Assembly: GCA_020056225.1 (NCBI GenBank)
Contig: JAGVIE010000025.1
Span: 38,995 to 102,994 of the forward strand
Length of the DNA stretch: 64,000 nt
Reading direction: 5' to 3'
Source: Bacteroidota bacterium
Lineage (GTDB): Bacteria > Bacteroidota > Ignavibacteria > UBA10030 > SZUA-254
Of the stretch, positions 45,577-55,375 are shown in pieces. The translations under genes were made by a program, and so were the position numbers. The notes below the pieces were generated by a model. The model did not search any database, was not told the DNA's origin, and saw only the letters and a program-made list of their open reading frames with translations. How positions within the stretch are numbered: the stretch's first letter is position 1; each line of letters starts with the position of its first letter.

Positions 45577-47250
45577 TTATTTCACTACTGTTTTCTGAAT
45601 TAATATATCGGCACGCACTAATGCCTCGTTAAGATCACCACATATATTATCTTCACTCATTTGCTCCAGAAGACCCGACTGCTGGATAGCAAACAGAGGT
45701 TGTTTGTGTATTCCGGAAACGATTAAATGTATATGTTGATGTTTGAATTGATTTACTAAATCTTCAAGCGCATGCAAACCACTTGCATCTATAGCCAGGA
45801 GATTACTTGTTTCAAGAATAAGCACTTTCGGTTTCTTTTCGAGAAAGCGCATCGATTCAGTGAACTGATCGACTGCACCGAAGAAAAGCGTTCCGTAAAC
45901 TTCAAAAACCTCCACTCCATCCGGTATGATTCGGGTTGATAGTATCGATTCTTCCTCTTCCCTTTCTTCCTGTAAATCTCTCGTGATCGGATTTACATGG
46001 CTCACTTCCGACATCTTTCTCATAAAAAGCAATGCAGCCAGTACGATACCGACTTCAATCGCTACCGTAAGATCTACGATAATAGTCAATCCAAATGTTA
46101 CAATCATTACAGCCGAATCGCTTTTAGGACTTTTTAGGATCTTACGAAACGAGCGCCACTCACTCATGTTATATGATACCACGATAAGAATTGCCGCGAG
46201 TGTCGATAGCGGAATCAAAGACGCCCACTTACCAAAGAATAACATTATTAAAAACAAAACTATGGCATGAACAATACCAGCGACTGGTGTACGACCTCCG
46301 TTTTTTATATTCGTTGCTGTCCGGGCGATTGCACCTGTTGCCGGAAGTCCGAAAAACAGAGGAGACACGATATTAGCAGCACCCTGAGCAATCAATTCCA
46401 TATTGGATCTATGCCGGGTTCGAATCATACCATCGGCTACAACTGCGGACAATAACGATTCAATCGCACCCAGCAATGCAATCGTGATTGCAGGTGACAC
46501 TAAGCTTGTGATTGTCTGCCATGATACCTGTGGAATTCGAGGCGCGGGGAATGTATTCGGAACACTTCCAAATCTGCTTCCTATAGTTTCAACCGGAATC
46601 TGAAATATTTGAACTGTTGCCGTTGCCAGAATAATTGCAACCAATGCTCCGGGAATCCGGTGAGTAATCCGTGACCATATAACGATCAAGAGAAGAGATG
46701 AAATTCCAACAGCCGCCGTGTTGATATCCAGCGACTGGAAATTACCTGTATACACAACGCACTTCTCAATAAAATCGATCGGAAGATTTTGAATTTTCAA
46801 TCCGAAAAAATCTTTTATCTGCGATGAGAAGATGAGTATCGCAATCCCGCTCGTGAATCCGACGGTAAGAGGATAAGGAATAAATTTTAACAGAGTACCA
46901 AGCCGGGCAAATCCCATAATCATCAGAAATATTCCAGCCATTATGGTAGCAACAACCAGTCCGTCATATCCATAATTTTGAATGATGCCATAGATGATAA
47001 CAATGAACGCGCCGGTTGGACCAGCAATCTGAACACGACTTCCTCCGAAAAACGAGACTATCATGCCGGCAATGATTGCTGTGTATAGACCCTGTTCAGG
47101 TTTAGCACCGGATGCAATAGCAAATGCTATCGCCAGCGGCAATGCAACAATACCGACAATGATACCGGCGGTAAGGTCAGGTATGAATTGTTCTTTGGAA
47201 TAACCCTCTCGAAGAACTGTTACTAATTTGGGTTCGAATCGTTTCTGCAA
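45577..47250 (-). CDS. SulP-family anion transporter with a C-terminal STAS domain
   Basis: Approximately 11 TM helices followed by a cytoplasmic domain 'VLILETSNLLAIDASGLHALEDLVNQF' (STAS-like). Confidence 0.8.
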   Translation of the reverse strand: MQKRFEPKLVTVLREGYSKEQFIPDLTAGIIVGIVALPLAIAFAIASGAKPEQGLYTAIIAGMIVSFFGGSRVQIAGPTGAFIVIIYGIIQNYGYDGLVVATIMAGIFLMIMGFARLGTLLKFIPYPLTVGFTSGIAILIFSSQIKDFFGLKIQNLPIDFIEKCVVYTGNFQSLDINTAAVGISSLLLIVIWSRITHRIPGALVAIILATATVQIFQIPVETIGSRFGSVPNTFPAPRIPQVSWQTITSLVSPAITIALLGAIESLLSAVVADGMIRTRHRSNMELIAQGAANIVSPLFFGLPATGAIARTATNIKNGGRTPVAGIVHAIVLFLIMLFFGKWASLIPLSTLAAILIVVSYNMSEWRSFRKILKSPKSDSAVMIVTFGLTIIVDLTVAIEVGIVLAALLFMRKMSEVSHVNPITRDLQEEREEEESILSTRIIPDGVEVFEVYGTLFFGAVDQFTESMRFLEKKPKVLILETSNLLAIDASGLHALEDLVNQFKHQHIHLIVSGIHKQPLFAIQQSGLLEQMSEDNICGDLNEALVRADILIQKTVVK

Positions 47251-47336
47251 AAAGAAAATACTTTCAAAGATTGATTAAGAGAAATTGAATCACAAATACT
47301 AACAAATAGTTGACATATTAGCAAGTTTATTGGAAC

Positions 47337-47675
47337 TCAATCGATTATATAATTCATTTGTCTCAGCTTCACTATAACTCTTTCGAGTTGGTCACCCTGG
47401 ATTTCGATATTTCCATCTTTCACCGTTCCGCCGGCGCCGCAATACTGTTTTAATATACGCGCGATGTCTTCCATCGTTTTAGGATTGTGTTGTAAACCGG
47501 AAATTAGAGTTACCGTTTTACCCTTCCTTCCTTTCGCATCCAGTGATACACGAACTGACTTACCTTTTCCATCATGTCCGGATGCCGATGATTTGTCTGT
47601 AACCGGAGATCGTTTGGATTCAGGTAATATTTGTTTTAAATCGGAAAGTGATTTATATATTTTTCGATCATTCAT
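47337..47675 (-). CDS. yciH: SUI1/YciH-type translation initiation factor
   Basis: 'GRKGKTVTLISGLQ...ILKQYCGAGGTVKDGNIEIQGDQ' matches the SUI1 domain. Confidence 0.8.
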   Translation of the reverse strand: MNDRKIYKSLSDLKQILPESKRSPVTDKSSASGHDGKGKSVRVSLDAKGRKGKTVTLISGLQHNPKTMEDIARILKQYCGAGGTVKDGNIEIQGDQLERVIVKLRQMNYIID

Positions 47676-47770
47676 AGCCTGTATCCTTTGCAGGTTGTGA
47701 TATGAATATAATAAAAATATCTTAAGATTATAAGTCTAAATACTGCAATTGCAAGATCAGTTCTTATCAC

Positions 47771-47806
47771 AAAAAAAATCCTGAACCTTTACCAGATCCA
47801 GGATTT
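47771..47806 (-). terminator. Rho-independent terminator downstream of tyrS
   Basis: Minus-strand RNA forms AAUCCUG-(15 nt)-CAGGAUU followed by an 8-U tract. It is approximately 170 nt past the tyrS stop. Confidence 0.55.
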
Positions 47807-47976
47807 CTCTAATCATGTGAATTATCTTTGAGGTTTAAACCTCCATGTGTAATAATAAAAACTCCATCTTACAAATCCAAAAATAAATACCAACTTGCTT
47901 CTTGTTTTACCTGAATTTCCTCAATGACTTCAAAACCTTAAAAAGAAGACTCAATCGGGCTGTAATTTCATTATAA

Positions 47977-49251
47977 TCAAGTAACCTGAATCAGGAAATA
48001 ATTCCTTGCGCCTTTTCTCATTACAATGAACTTCCCATGAAAGGCATCATCGATTCCTACTCTTTTCTCGACTTCAGCTATACGGACGTTATTAAGATAA
48101 ACGCCGCCGCCCTGAATCATGCGCCGCGCTTCACCTTTAGATTTTACTATTCCGGCAGTTACCATCAGATCAAGCACAGGTAATCCAAGACCGCCGAGCT
48201 GATCCTTCGATATTTCTGTTGAAGGTACATCGCTGAAAATATCTAATAATTCTTTTTCGTTCACGTCGGTGATCTCACCGCCGAAGAATATCTTCGTAGC
48301 CTTAATTGCCTGATTAAGAGCCGCTTCACCGTGCAGCATTTTAGTTACTTCCTGCGCGAGTGTAATTTGAGCTTCGCGTTTTTCCGGAGATTCTTTCTGT
48401 AGGTTATTGAGTTCATTGATTCTGTCTTTAGTCATGAGCGTGAAGAATTTTAAATATTTCACAACATCCCTGTCATCGGTGTTAAACCAGAATTGGTAGA
48501 ATTTATAAGGTGACGTTCTCTCAGCATCGAGCCAGATTGTTCCGCCTTCTGTTTTTCCGAACTTCACGCCGGACGAGGTTGTAATCAAAGGAAATACTAT
48601 CGCATGTACTTCCGCCCCTTTGTGTCTTCTTACCAGGTCGATGCCCGATGTAATATTGCCCCACTGATCGCTGCCGCCCATCTGGATCGTGCAATTGTAG
48701 CGGTTGTACAATTGAAGATAATCGTACGATTGCAGTAATGAATAACTGAATTCGGTGAACGACATCCCCTGCTCCTGCTCTATCCGTGCACGTACAGATT
48801 CTTTTGCAAGCATTTCATTTACAGAAAAATATTTGCCTACATCGCGCAAGAATTCCATCATCGACAGCTTCGTCAACCAATCGGCATTATTCACCAGTAT
48901 AGCAGGATTATCCTTTGCTTTAAAATCTAAAAACTGCGACAGCTGTTTTTTTATTCCTACAAGATTCGATTCTATGTCTTGGATTGAAAGGAGCTTTCGT
49001 TCCTGAGCTTTGCCGCTTGGGTCGCCGACCATTCCTGTTCCGCCACCTGCTATCGCAATAGGTATATGTCCGGCACGCTGGAGATGTACAAGTCCCATAA
49101 TCGGTAGAAGCGATCCCACATGCAAACTGTTTGCAGTAGGATCAAAACCGATATAAGCGGTAACCTTGTTTTTCGCAAGATGTTCCTGCACACCCGGTGT
49201 AGATGTATGAATAAACCCTCGCCACTCTAATTCCTGAAAAAAGTTATGCAT
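47977..49251 (-). CDS. tyrS: Tyrosine--tRNA ligase with a C-terminal S4 domain
   Basis: 'YIGFDPTANSLHVGSLLPI' is the HIGH-type motif. 'KFGKTEGG' is KMSKS. 'ARRMIQGGGVYLNNVRI' is the S4 domain. Confidence 0.9.
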   Translation of the reverse strand: MHNFFQELEWRGFIHTSTPGVQEHLAKNKVTAYIGFDPTANSLHVGSLLPIMGLVHLQRAGHIPIAIAGGGTGMVGDPSGKAQERKLLSIQDIESNLVGIKKQLSQFLDFKAKDNPAILVNNADWLTKLSMMEFLRDVGKYFSVNEMLAKESVRARIEQEQGMSFTEFSYSLLQSYDYLQLYNRYNCTIQMGGSDQWGNITSGIDLVRRHKGAEVHAIVFPLITTSSGVKFGKTEGGTIWLDAERTSPYKFYQFWFNTDDRDVVKYLKFFTLMTKDRINELNNLQKESPEKREAQITLAQEVTKMLHGEAALNQAIKATKIFFGGEITDVNEKELLDIFSDVPSTEISKDQLGGLGLPVLDLMVTAGIVKSKGEARRMIQGGGVYLNNVRIAEVEKRVGIDDAFHGKFIVMRKGARNYFLIQVT

Positions 49252-49476
49252 TCAATCTTCCTATTAATCATCAAAATATCTTTGGAATGACAAATTACTA
49301 TCTTCTCATGGAAAAAACAAATAACTCCATATAAATTATGGAAGGATAGAATCATCTCCGGCTTAAGATAACTGCAACTGGAGAGGATATAATTTTTTCA
49401 ATTAACAACATTAATGAAAATAAATCTTGAAAATCAGTGAAGAATAATTTATCTTATCCATCCGAAAGAATTTCGT

Positions 49477-50088
49477 ATGCCTCTTATTGAAGATAAACCA
49501 AAATACTCTGCAAAAACGCTGATCATTATCGGCATACCTGCATTCCTTGCCGCGGTGGTTATTTCTACCGCATCGCACCAATATATTCATCACATCGCAG
49601 ATAATATTTTTGTCGGATCGAAAGAATATACTAATATGTTTTGTCCGGGCATTAAGCTTCACGGATTGTTTATGACTTCACCTGTTGCCGCCGCCGCCGG
49701 ACCGATCTGGACATTTTTTCTTGCCATCGTATCATTCGGACTATACCTGCATAACCCGCGTAATCTTTTTCTCGGCTCAATGGCGTTCGTAAATGCAAGC
49801 TCCAGAATGCCCGAAACTATTACATTGTTTCTTCAGTTATTGCTTCACAATAAAACAACATTACTTACCGATGAAAGCATTTCCCTCGTGCTGCTTAGAC
49901 TTAACGACCCGACGATATCCATTGTTTTATTATGCTTTTTCTCTCTGACAATTTTCTTCCTTACAATTACTATCGTGCATGATACTAAAACAGTTCCACT
50001 GAAATGGCTCATCGCTGCTATTTTATTTATCTTATTGATTCCGCTTCAGGATTTTCTGTGGAATAATATTGCGCAATTACTAAGTTGA
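49477..50088 (+). CDS. Hypothetical polytopic membrane protein
   Basis: 203 aa with about six hydrophobic segments. It is the only plus-strand ORF in the region that does not overlap a minus-strand gene. Confidence 0.45.
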   Translation: MPLIEDKPKYSAKTLIIIGIPAFLAAVVISTASHQYIHHIADNIFVGSKEYTNMFCPGIKLHGLFMTSPVAAAAGPIWTFFLAIVSFGLYLHNPRNLFLGSMAFVNASSRMPETITLFLQLLLHNKTTLLTDESISLVLLRLNDPTISIVLLCFFSLTIFFLTITIVHDTKTVPLKWLIAAILFILLIPLQDFLWNNIAQLLS

Positions 50089-50108
50089 GTAAGAATTGAT
50101 TTCATTTA

Positions 50109-51437
50109 TTAAGTGACGAGTTTAGCGGCATGAAACCCGCTAACAACCGCTCCTTCAATCGTTGCCGGTAAACCGGTATCAGTCCAATCGCCTGCAAGAT
50201 AGAAATTTCCAATCGGTGTTTCAGCTCCGGGTCTATATCGTTCGTAGATATTAGTAGCAGAAAAGGTTGCACGCTTTTCTTTTATGATAATTGATGAAGT
50301 TAATTTTGCTTTGCGGCTGTTTGGAAATACTTCATGGATTTCCGCGATGGCACAATCGAGTAATTTCTCTTTTGATGTTTCGATATATTTATGCGCGCCG
50401 CTTATAACGGTAGTAATATAACTGCCTGATTTCGATTCATTCATCAGCCGCCGTCGATTGAAGATCCACTGAAGATTTTTATCAATCAAACCTATATAAT
50501 CAAAATCCATAAATTCTGAATCGAACCATAGATTAATTGATATTATCGGAGAAGCTTCATATCTCCCTAGATCGCAAAATGGTTTTTCAGTCTTATATGA
50601 GTGCGGAATGATTTTCCTCAATGCGTATGGCGGTACCGTCGAGATAATACTCTTGGCTTTTACTAATTTATGCTCTTTCAATCGAACCCCGACAGCCTTC
50701 CCGTTCAGCAATTCTATTCCTTCTATCTCAGTGCTCGTAAAGATTTTTGCTCCTCGTATTTTCAGTAGATTTACCGCTTCATTGACGTAAAGTTCCGATT
50801 GACCTACCGTTGATATAAGGATAGCCGAATCAGATTTTTGTCCGAGGAATGTTGCTCTTAGCGACCGTGCCAGAAGAAACGCCGAAGCTTTAGCAGGAGA
50901 TTCGTTCATGATGGATATCGCAATCGGATGCCAGAGGTTTTTTCTCGCTTCTTCAGATTGGCGCATATCCACCAGCCACTCATCGACAGTCATGGTTGAA
51001 AGTTTTTTCTCCAGTTCATTATTCCAGCCGTTCAACACAAGACCGACTTTCAACAGTTTTTGACGATCTTGAAATGAAAGAAGTTTATATTTCAACATAC
51101 CCATGACAATATGAAACGGTTTAGGCAATGAAGACAATTCAAATTTCGCTCTACCCTTAACCGGATGATGGAATAATAAACTTAATGAAGTCTCATTCTT
51201 TAAGAAATGCCGCGTTCCGATCGCGTCGAGATATTTAAGAAGATTGTGGTATGCACCGGCAAGCACATGTTGTCCGTTATCGACAACATCACCGGTTTTT
51301 TCATCTATGTAGGAATAGCATCTTCCTCCCAATCGAGGAGCTTGTTCGAAGATTGCAACCTTTGCTCCATCTTTTGAAAGCTGAACTGCGGCGGCAAGTC
51401 CGCTTAATCCTCCGCCAATTATGATAACATCAAACAT
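50109..51437 (-). CDS. hpnE: FAD-dependent amine-oxidase-fold desaturase, HpnE-like (hydroxysqualene dehydroxylase)
   Basis: 'MFDVIIIGGGLSGLAAA' is a dinucleotide-binding GxGxxG. 'APRLGGRCYSY' is present. It is the last gene of a three-gene cluster with two squalene/phytoene-synthase paralogs. Confidence 0.7.
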   Translation of the reverse strand: MFDVIIIGGGLSGLAAAVQLSKDGAKVAIFEQAPRLGGRCYSYIDEKTGDVVDNGQHVLAGAYHNLLKYLDAIGTRHFLKNETSLSLLFHHPVKGRAKFELSSLPKPFHIVMGMLKYKLLSFQDRQKLLKVGLVLNGWNNELEKKLSTMTVDEWLVDMRQSEEARKNLWHPIAISIMNESPAKASAFLLARSLRATFLGQKSDSAILISTVGQSELYVNEAVNLLKIRGAKIFTSTEIEGIELLNGKAVGVRLKEHKLVKAKSIISTVPPYALRKIIPHSYKTEKPFCDLGRYEASPIISINLWFDSEFMDFDYIGLIDKNLQWIFNRRRLMNESKSGSYITTVISGAHKYIETSKEKLLDCAIAEIHEVFPNSRKAKLTSSIIIKEKRATFSATNIYERYRPGAETPIGNFYLAGDWTDTGLPATIEGAVVSGFHAAKLVT

Positions 51438-51496
51438 ATAAGATTTCAGATTTCAGATTGGAAGCTTCGGATTGATAATTAGAGGCACACAGCGAA

Positions 51497-52351
51497 TCAT
51501 CTCCCGAGCATTCGCTGCTTGACCCAGTATTTCACGGCGATTGCTAATTGCAGGAATCGGGGCAACATGATTTTCCTGTCGAACACATTATAATTTACTT
51601 CCTTGATGCGGAGAAGAGTGTGGTAATAAATCCTTTCCATAATCTTTGCGGCAAACATCGCACGTTTATCTTCCTCAGGCAACGATTCTTTCGCTTTTTG
51701 GAAATATTCTTCGGCTCGCTGAGTTTCGAATTCCATTAACTTCTTGAATTGAGAGCTGTTACGTGACGAAATAAGTTCTGCTTCTGTGTAACCGAACCTG
51801 CGTAAATCTTCTTGTGGGAGATATACCCTTCCATATTTTGCATCGATGCCGATATCGCGGATAATATTGGTCAACTGAAGTGCGATACCTAAATTAACGG
51901 CATATTCTTTTGTGCGCTCGTTCCTCGGTCCGAATATTCCAAGACTCATAAGTCCGACTGTTGAAGCTACAAGATAGCAGTACTCTTTTAGCTCATCGAA
52001 TGTCTCATAGCGGTTCTTCACCAGATCCATCTCGACTCCCCTGAGCAGTTCGTAAAAATGGACTACAGGTATTTTAAATTTTTTCGTGATTTCGCTGAGC
52101 TGATTCAGTATTTGATAGCCGGATTTTCCATCAAGACCGAGTTCAAGCTCGTTCCGCCATTTTCTTAATACTTCAATTTTACTGCTGACGTCATGAACAT
52201 TATCGACAATATCATCGGTAGTGCGACAGAAAGCATAAACGGTCTTCAACGCATCGCGTTTCCTTTTCGGAAGGAATGAGAACGAGTAATAAAAACTCGA
52301 TTTACTCTCCTTCAAACCAGAAGCGAGCGGCATGGCTAAGTCAGATCCCAT
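51497..52351 (-). CDS. hpnD: Squalene/phytoene synthase family protein, HpnD-like (presqualene diphosphate synthase)
   Basis: 'YAFCRTTDDIVD' is an Asp-rich substrate-binding motif. 'NIIRDIGIDAKYGRVYLP' is the second motif. There is a 16-bp overlap with the upstream paralog. Confidence 0.65.
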   Translation of the reverse strand: MGSDLAMPLASGLKESKSSFYYSFSFLPKRKRDALKTVYAFCRTTDDIVDNVHDVSSKIEVLRKWRNELELGLDGKSGYQILNQLSEITKKFKIPVVHFYELLRGVEMDLVKNRYETFDELKEYCYLVASTVGLMSLGIFGPRNERTKEYAVNLGIALQLTNIIRDIGIDAKYGRVYLPQEDLRRFGYTEAELISSRNSSQFKKLMEFETQRAEEYFQKAKESLPEEDKRAMFAAKIMERIYYHTLLRIKEVNYNVFDRKIMLPRFLQLAIAVKYWVKQRMLGR

Positions 52352-53256
52352 ACTTCTTTCCTCGGACGTTTCTTTTTATAATTCGGTAAATCGTTGAATA
52401 CCAATCCGCGTAAAAATATCATCATTTTATCCGATGTTCTTAATCTCGGTCTCTTTTGCAGTACATCATATTTATTTTTCTCGATCATCTTCAATATTCC
52501 CATTCCGCCAAACCAGATGAGTTTCAACTCAAGTTGTAAATCTTTCGAGACGAGAGCCGGAAGTTCGGCTCCTTTATAAAACATCTCTCTCGTGCGCCCA
52601 ACCTGATATTTCATCAATTTCCTGAATCCGCTATCCATAACTCCATTATTCCATTTATCCAAACCGTAGCCAAACTTTATCATATCCTCAATTGGAATAT
52701 ACAACCTATCTTTTTCCTTATCAACTTTTATATCCTGCCAGAAATTTGTTAACTGGAGCGCACTGCAAATATAATCGGAGAGTTCAAACAACTTCTCATC
52801 CCGGTAATTGAAAATCATTAGTACAAGTCTGCCCACCGGATTTGCAGAATATTTACAATAATCCAAAAGTTCATCGATCGTCTCGTAACGGTTCTGCGTA
52901 ACATCACGTTTAAAAGCGGTTATCAGGTCGCTAAGCGGTTCGATCGGAATGTCTAATCGTTTAACCGTTTCCCGAAGTGCAATAAAGATTGGGTGATCCG
53001 CATAACCTTCGTAGCATTGCTTGAGTTTATTTTCCCAATCATTCAGCTTAGTAAGTCTATCCTCTTTGGCAATCTGGAATTCGTCTGCAAAATCATCGGC
53101 TATGCGGCTGAAAGCGTAGATCGCCTGCACATATGGACGTTTTTCCTGCGGCAGGAAAATTGAGGCTACTGGAAAATTTTCGTAATGCGCTTCAGTAATT
53201 TCCGCACAGTATGCAAACGCCTCATCTGGAGAATATTTATGGGTCTCACTCAGCAA
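52336..53256 (-). CDS. hpnC: Squalene/phytoene synthase family protein, HpnC-like (hydroxysqualene synthase)
   Basis: 'YAFSRIADDFADE' and 'TNFWQDIKVDKEKDRLYIP' are the trans-isoprenyl diphosphate synthase head-to-head motifs. Confidence 0.65.
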   Translation of the reverse strand: MLSETHKYSPDEAFAYCAEITEAHYENFPVASIFLPQEKRPYVQAIYAFSRIADDFADEFQIAKEDRLTKLNDWENKLKQCYEGYADHPIFIALRETVKRLDIPIEPLSDLITAFKRDVTQNRYETIDELLDYCKYSANPVGRLVLMIFNYRDEKLFELSDYICSALQLTNFWQDIKVDKEKDRLYIPIEDMIKFGYGLDKWNNGVMDSGFRKLMKYQVGRTREMFYKGAELPALVSKDLQLELKLIWFGGMGILKMIEKNKYDVLQKRPRLRTSDKMMIFLRGLVFNDLPNYKKKRPRKEVWDLT

Positions 53257-53359
53257 TATCTTATCTCGTCCTTAATTAGAATCAGGGTTTAATATTAATA
53301 AAATTTAAAGGAAAGTCAAAGATGGAATTGATCCTCCAATAAAATATTTTCAAATCGAA

Positions 53360-54514
53360 TTAAGTATTCCCTCCGATCTTAATCGTGTCATCTCCAAATT
53401 TATCCCGTAGTTTGTCGACTGCTTGAAGAATTCTCTGTTGTTTTTCGGATGAAGGGAATAAGTCGATATCAGCTTGAGACTCATCTGCAAAGTTCGATAA
53501 TCCGATACCGATGAGTCTGATCTGAGTTTTGCCATCATGCGCTTCTTGCAATAACCGCTTAGCCGTATTGAGAATATCCGGATCGTAATTTGTCGGTTGA
53601 ATGGTACACCTGCGTGTTATTGTTTTAAACTTTGAATTCCGCAGTTTCAGTTGAACGGTTCGCGCCTTTAGCGATTTCAGTCTGAGCGTCGAGCACACAC
53701 TTTCCGTGAGCATGAAAAGAATATTTTCCAATTCACCGGTATCGGATATATCTTTCTCAAATGTTTCTTCACGGCTGACGCTTTTTGCTATGTGTTCAGT
53801 TTCTAAAGTTGTTGACCCCTCACCATTCGATGCACGATGAATCCACCCGCCGTGCGCACCAAGAAGTTTGATCAATTCCTTCAAGGAAACAGATTGAAGA
53901 TCAGCAACTGTCTTGAAACCTTTCTGTGTGAGAAACTCTTCTGTTTTTTTCCCTACGCCCGGAATCACACCGATAGGAAGCGGAGCGAGAAATATTTTCT
54001 CAGTGCCGGGTGGGACATAAATTACACCGGCAGGCTTAACTGTATTTGCGGCAATCTTTGCAACCAACTTATTTGACGCAAGTGCAATTGTACACGGAAG
54101 CTGGAATTCCTGCTTGACCATTTTCTGAAGTTTATTCATGTAACCCGGCAGGTTGTTTGAGTAAAGTGATTCGCACCCTGTGAAATCGAGGTACATTTCA
54201 TCGATTGAAGCACGTTCTACAACCGGTGCAACTTCAAGCATCCTTTTATATAATCTATTTGAATATGTCGAATAATCTACGTGATGACCTGATACTACAA
54301 TCAAGTCCGGGCAAAGCCGCAACGCTTGCGCAGTAGGAATCGCCGAACGGACACCGTATTTTCTTGCTTCGTAAGATGCAGAAGCAACTACACCACGCCC
54401 TCTTGCACTTCCACCGACAACGACAGGTTTACCATCGAGAGATGGATCCTTAATGCGTTCCACAGAGACAAAGAAACAATCGAGATCGATATGAGCGATG
54501 AATATCTGTTGCAT
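53360..54514 (-). CDS. dinB: DNA polymerase IV (Y-family)
   Basis: 'IAHIDLDCFFVSVE', 'SYEARKYGVRSAIP' and 'SIDEMYLDFTG' are Y-family polymerase catalytic motifs. Confidence 0.9.
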   Translation of the reverse strand: MQQIFIAHIDLDCFFVSVERIKDPSLDGKPVVVGGSARGRGVVASASYEARKYGVRSAIPTAQALRLCPDLIVVSGHHVDYSTYSNRLYKRMLEVAPVVERASIDEMYLDFTGCESLYSNNLPGYMNKLQKMVKQEFQLPCTIALASNKLVAKIAANTVKPAGVIYVPPGTEKIFLAPLPIGVIPGVGKKTEEFLTQKGFKTVADLQSVSLKELIKLLGAHGGWIHRASNGEGSTTLETEHIAKSVSREETFEKDISDTGELENILFMLTESVCSTLRLKSLKARTVQLKLRNSKFKTITRRCTIQPTNYDPDILNTAKRLLQEAHDGKTQIRLIGIGLSNFADESQADIDLFPSSEKQQRILQAVDKLRDKFGDDTIKIGGNT

Positions 54515-54740
54515 ATTTGAAAGGTAAGAATATTCTTACTCAGAATCATTTAGAAACAATTCTGATTTCTTAAATTATTGTTCAGGATAAGATTCTCATT
54601 TCTCCTCTTATGAAACACCAAAATAGCTAATTGAACTCTTTCATCTAATCTGATGTTCAGTAAAATAGAGCAATCGCAAAGCTCCAACAAAACAGCAAGC
54701 ATTACACAATAATAAAACATATCTAAGAAAGGAATTAGTT

Positions 54741-55235
54741 ATGGCAACATCAGAGAAAAATCAATTCATTGAAGTCTGGGAACGAGAGTTCCATACAACT
54801 CTGAAAGTTCTCAAGTCATATCCTGAGAACAAACTCGATCTCAAGCCGCACGAGAAATCTCGCTCGGCAAAAGAACTTGCCTGGACATTGAACAACGAAG
54901 AAAAGGTTCTCATAAACGGAGCGATCTCAGGTAAATTCGATTTTAATAACACTCCACCGCCGCCATCGACCTTACAGGAAATTCTTTCGATCTATGAGCG
55001 CAATCATAAAGAGAATGTAGAAAAAGTAAAGAAGATGAGCGATCAGGATATGAACAAGACCGTTCAGTTCATGTCGGGACCAAACCAAATGGCTGACATG
55101 CGTACAGCAGACGTTCTTTGGACAGGAGTGATGGATACTATTCACCATCGCGGACAGTTCTCGGTTTATTTGAGAATGGCTGGAGGTAAAGTTCCGTCTA
55201 TCTATGGTCCATCGGCGGATGAACCGTGGATGTGA
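54741..55235 (+). CDS. DinB_2/YfiT-like four-helix-bundle protein (damage-inducible protein DinB superfamily)
   Basis: 164 aa. The C-terminal 'MDTIHHRGQFSVYLRMAGGKVPSIYGP' is typical of the DinB_2 family. Confidence 0.65.
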   Translation: MATSEKNQFIEVWEREFHTTLKVLKSYPENKLDLKPHEKSRSAKELAWTLNNEEKVLINGAISGKFDFNNTPPPPSTLQEILSIYERNHKENVEKVKKMSDQDMNKTVQFMSGPNQMADMRTADVLWTGVMDTIHHRGQFSVYLRMAGGKVPSIYGPSADEPWM

Positions 55236-55296
55236 AATAGATATTTACACTTGTACTTGAAGAGATTAATGGGCTGTCCAGAAAGCTACTAGCCAC

Positions 55297-55347
55297 AGTC
55301 ATATTAAGTCCCGCCGTCATGGTGAGCGAAGTCGAACCATAGGCGGG
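55297..55347. terminator. Bidirectional hairpin terminator between convergent genes; the loop carries the conserved 14-mer TGAGCGAAGTCGAA
   Basis: AGTCCCGCC-(inner hairpin CATGGT-gagcgaagtcga-ACCAT)-GGCGGGACT followed by TTTTTATTT on the plus strand. Confidence 0.6.
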
Positions 55348-55375
55348 ACTTTTTATTTCACCAGGAATTACAAAC

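Noticed and set aside
47676-47976. Additional small gene between yciH and tyrS
   Set aside because: No ORF with SD in either orientation. The space is occupied by the tyrS terminator hairpin and a T-tract.
49252-49476. T-box leader upstream of tyrS
   Set aside because: No GGGTGG..ACCGCG T-box sequence or specifier-loop architecture on the tyrS strand. The region is AT-rich promoter-like DNA.
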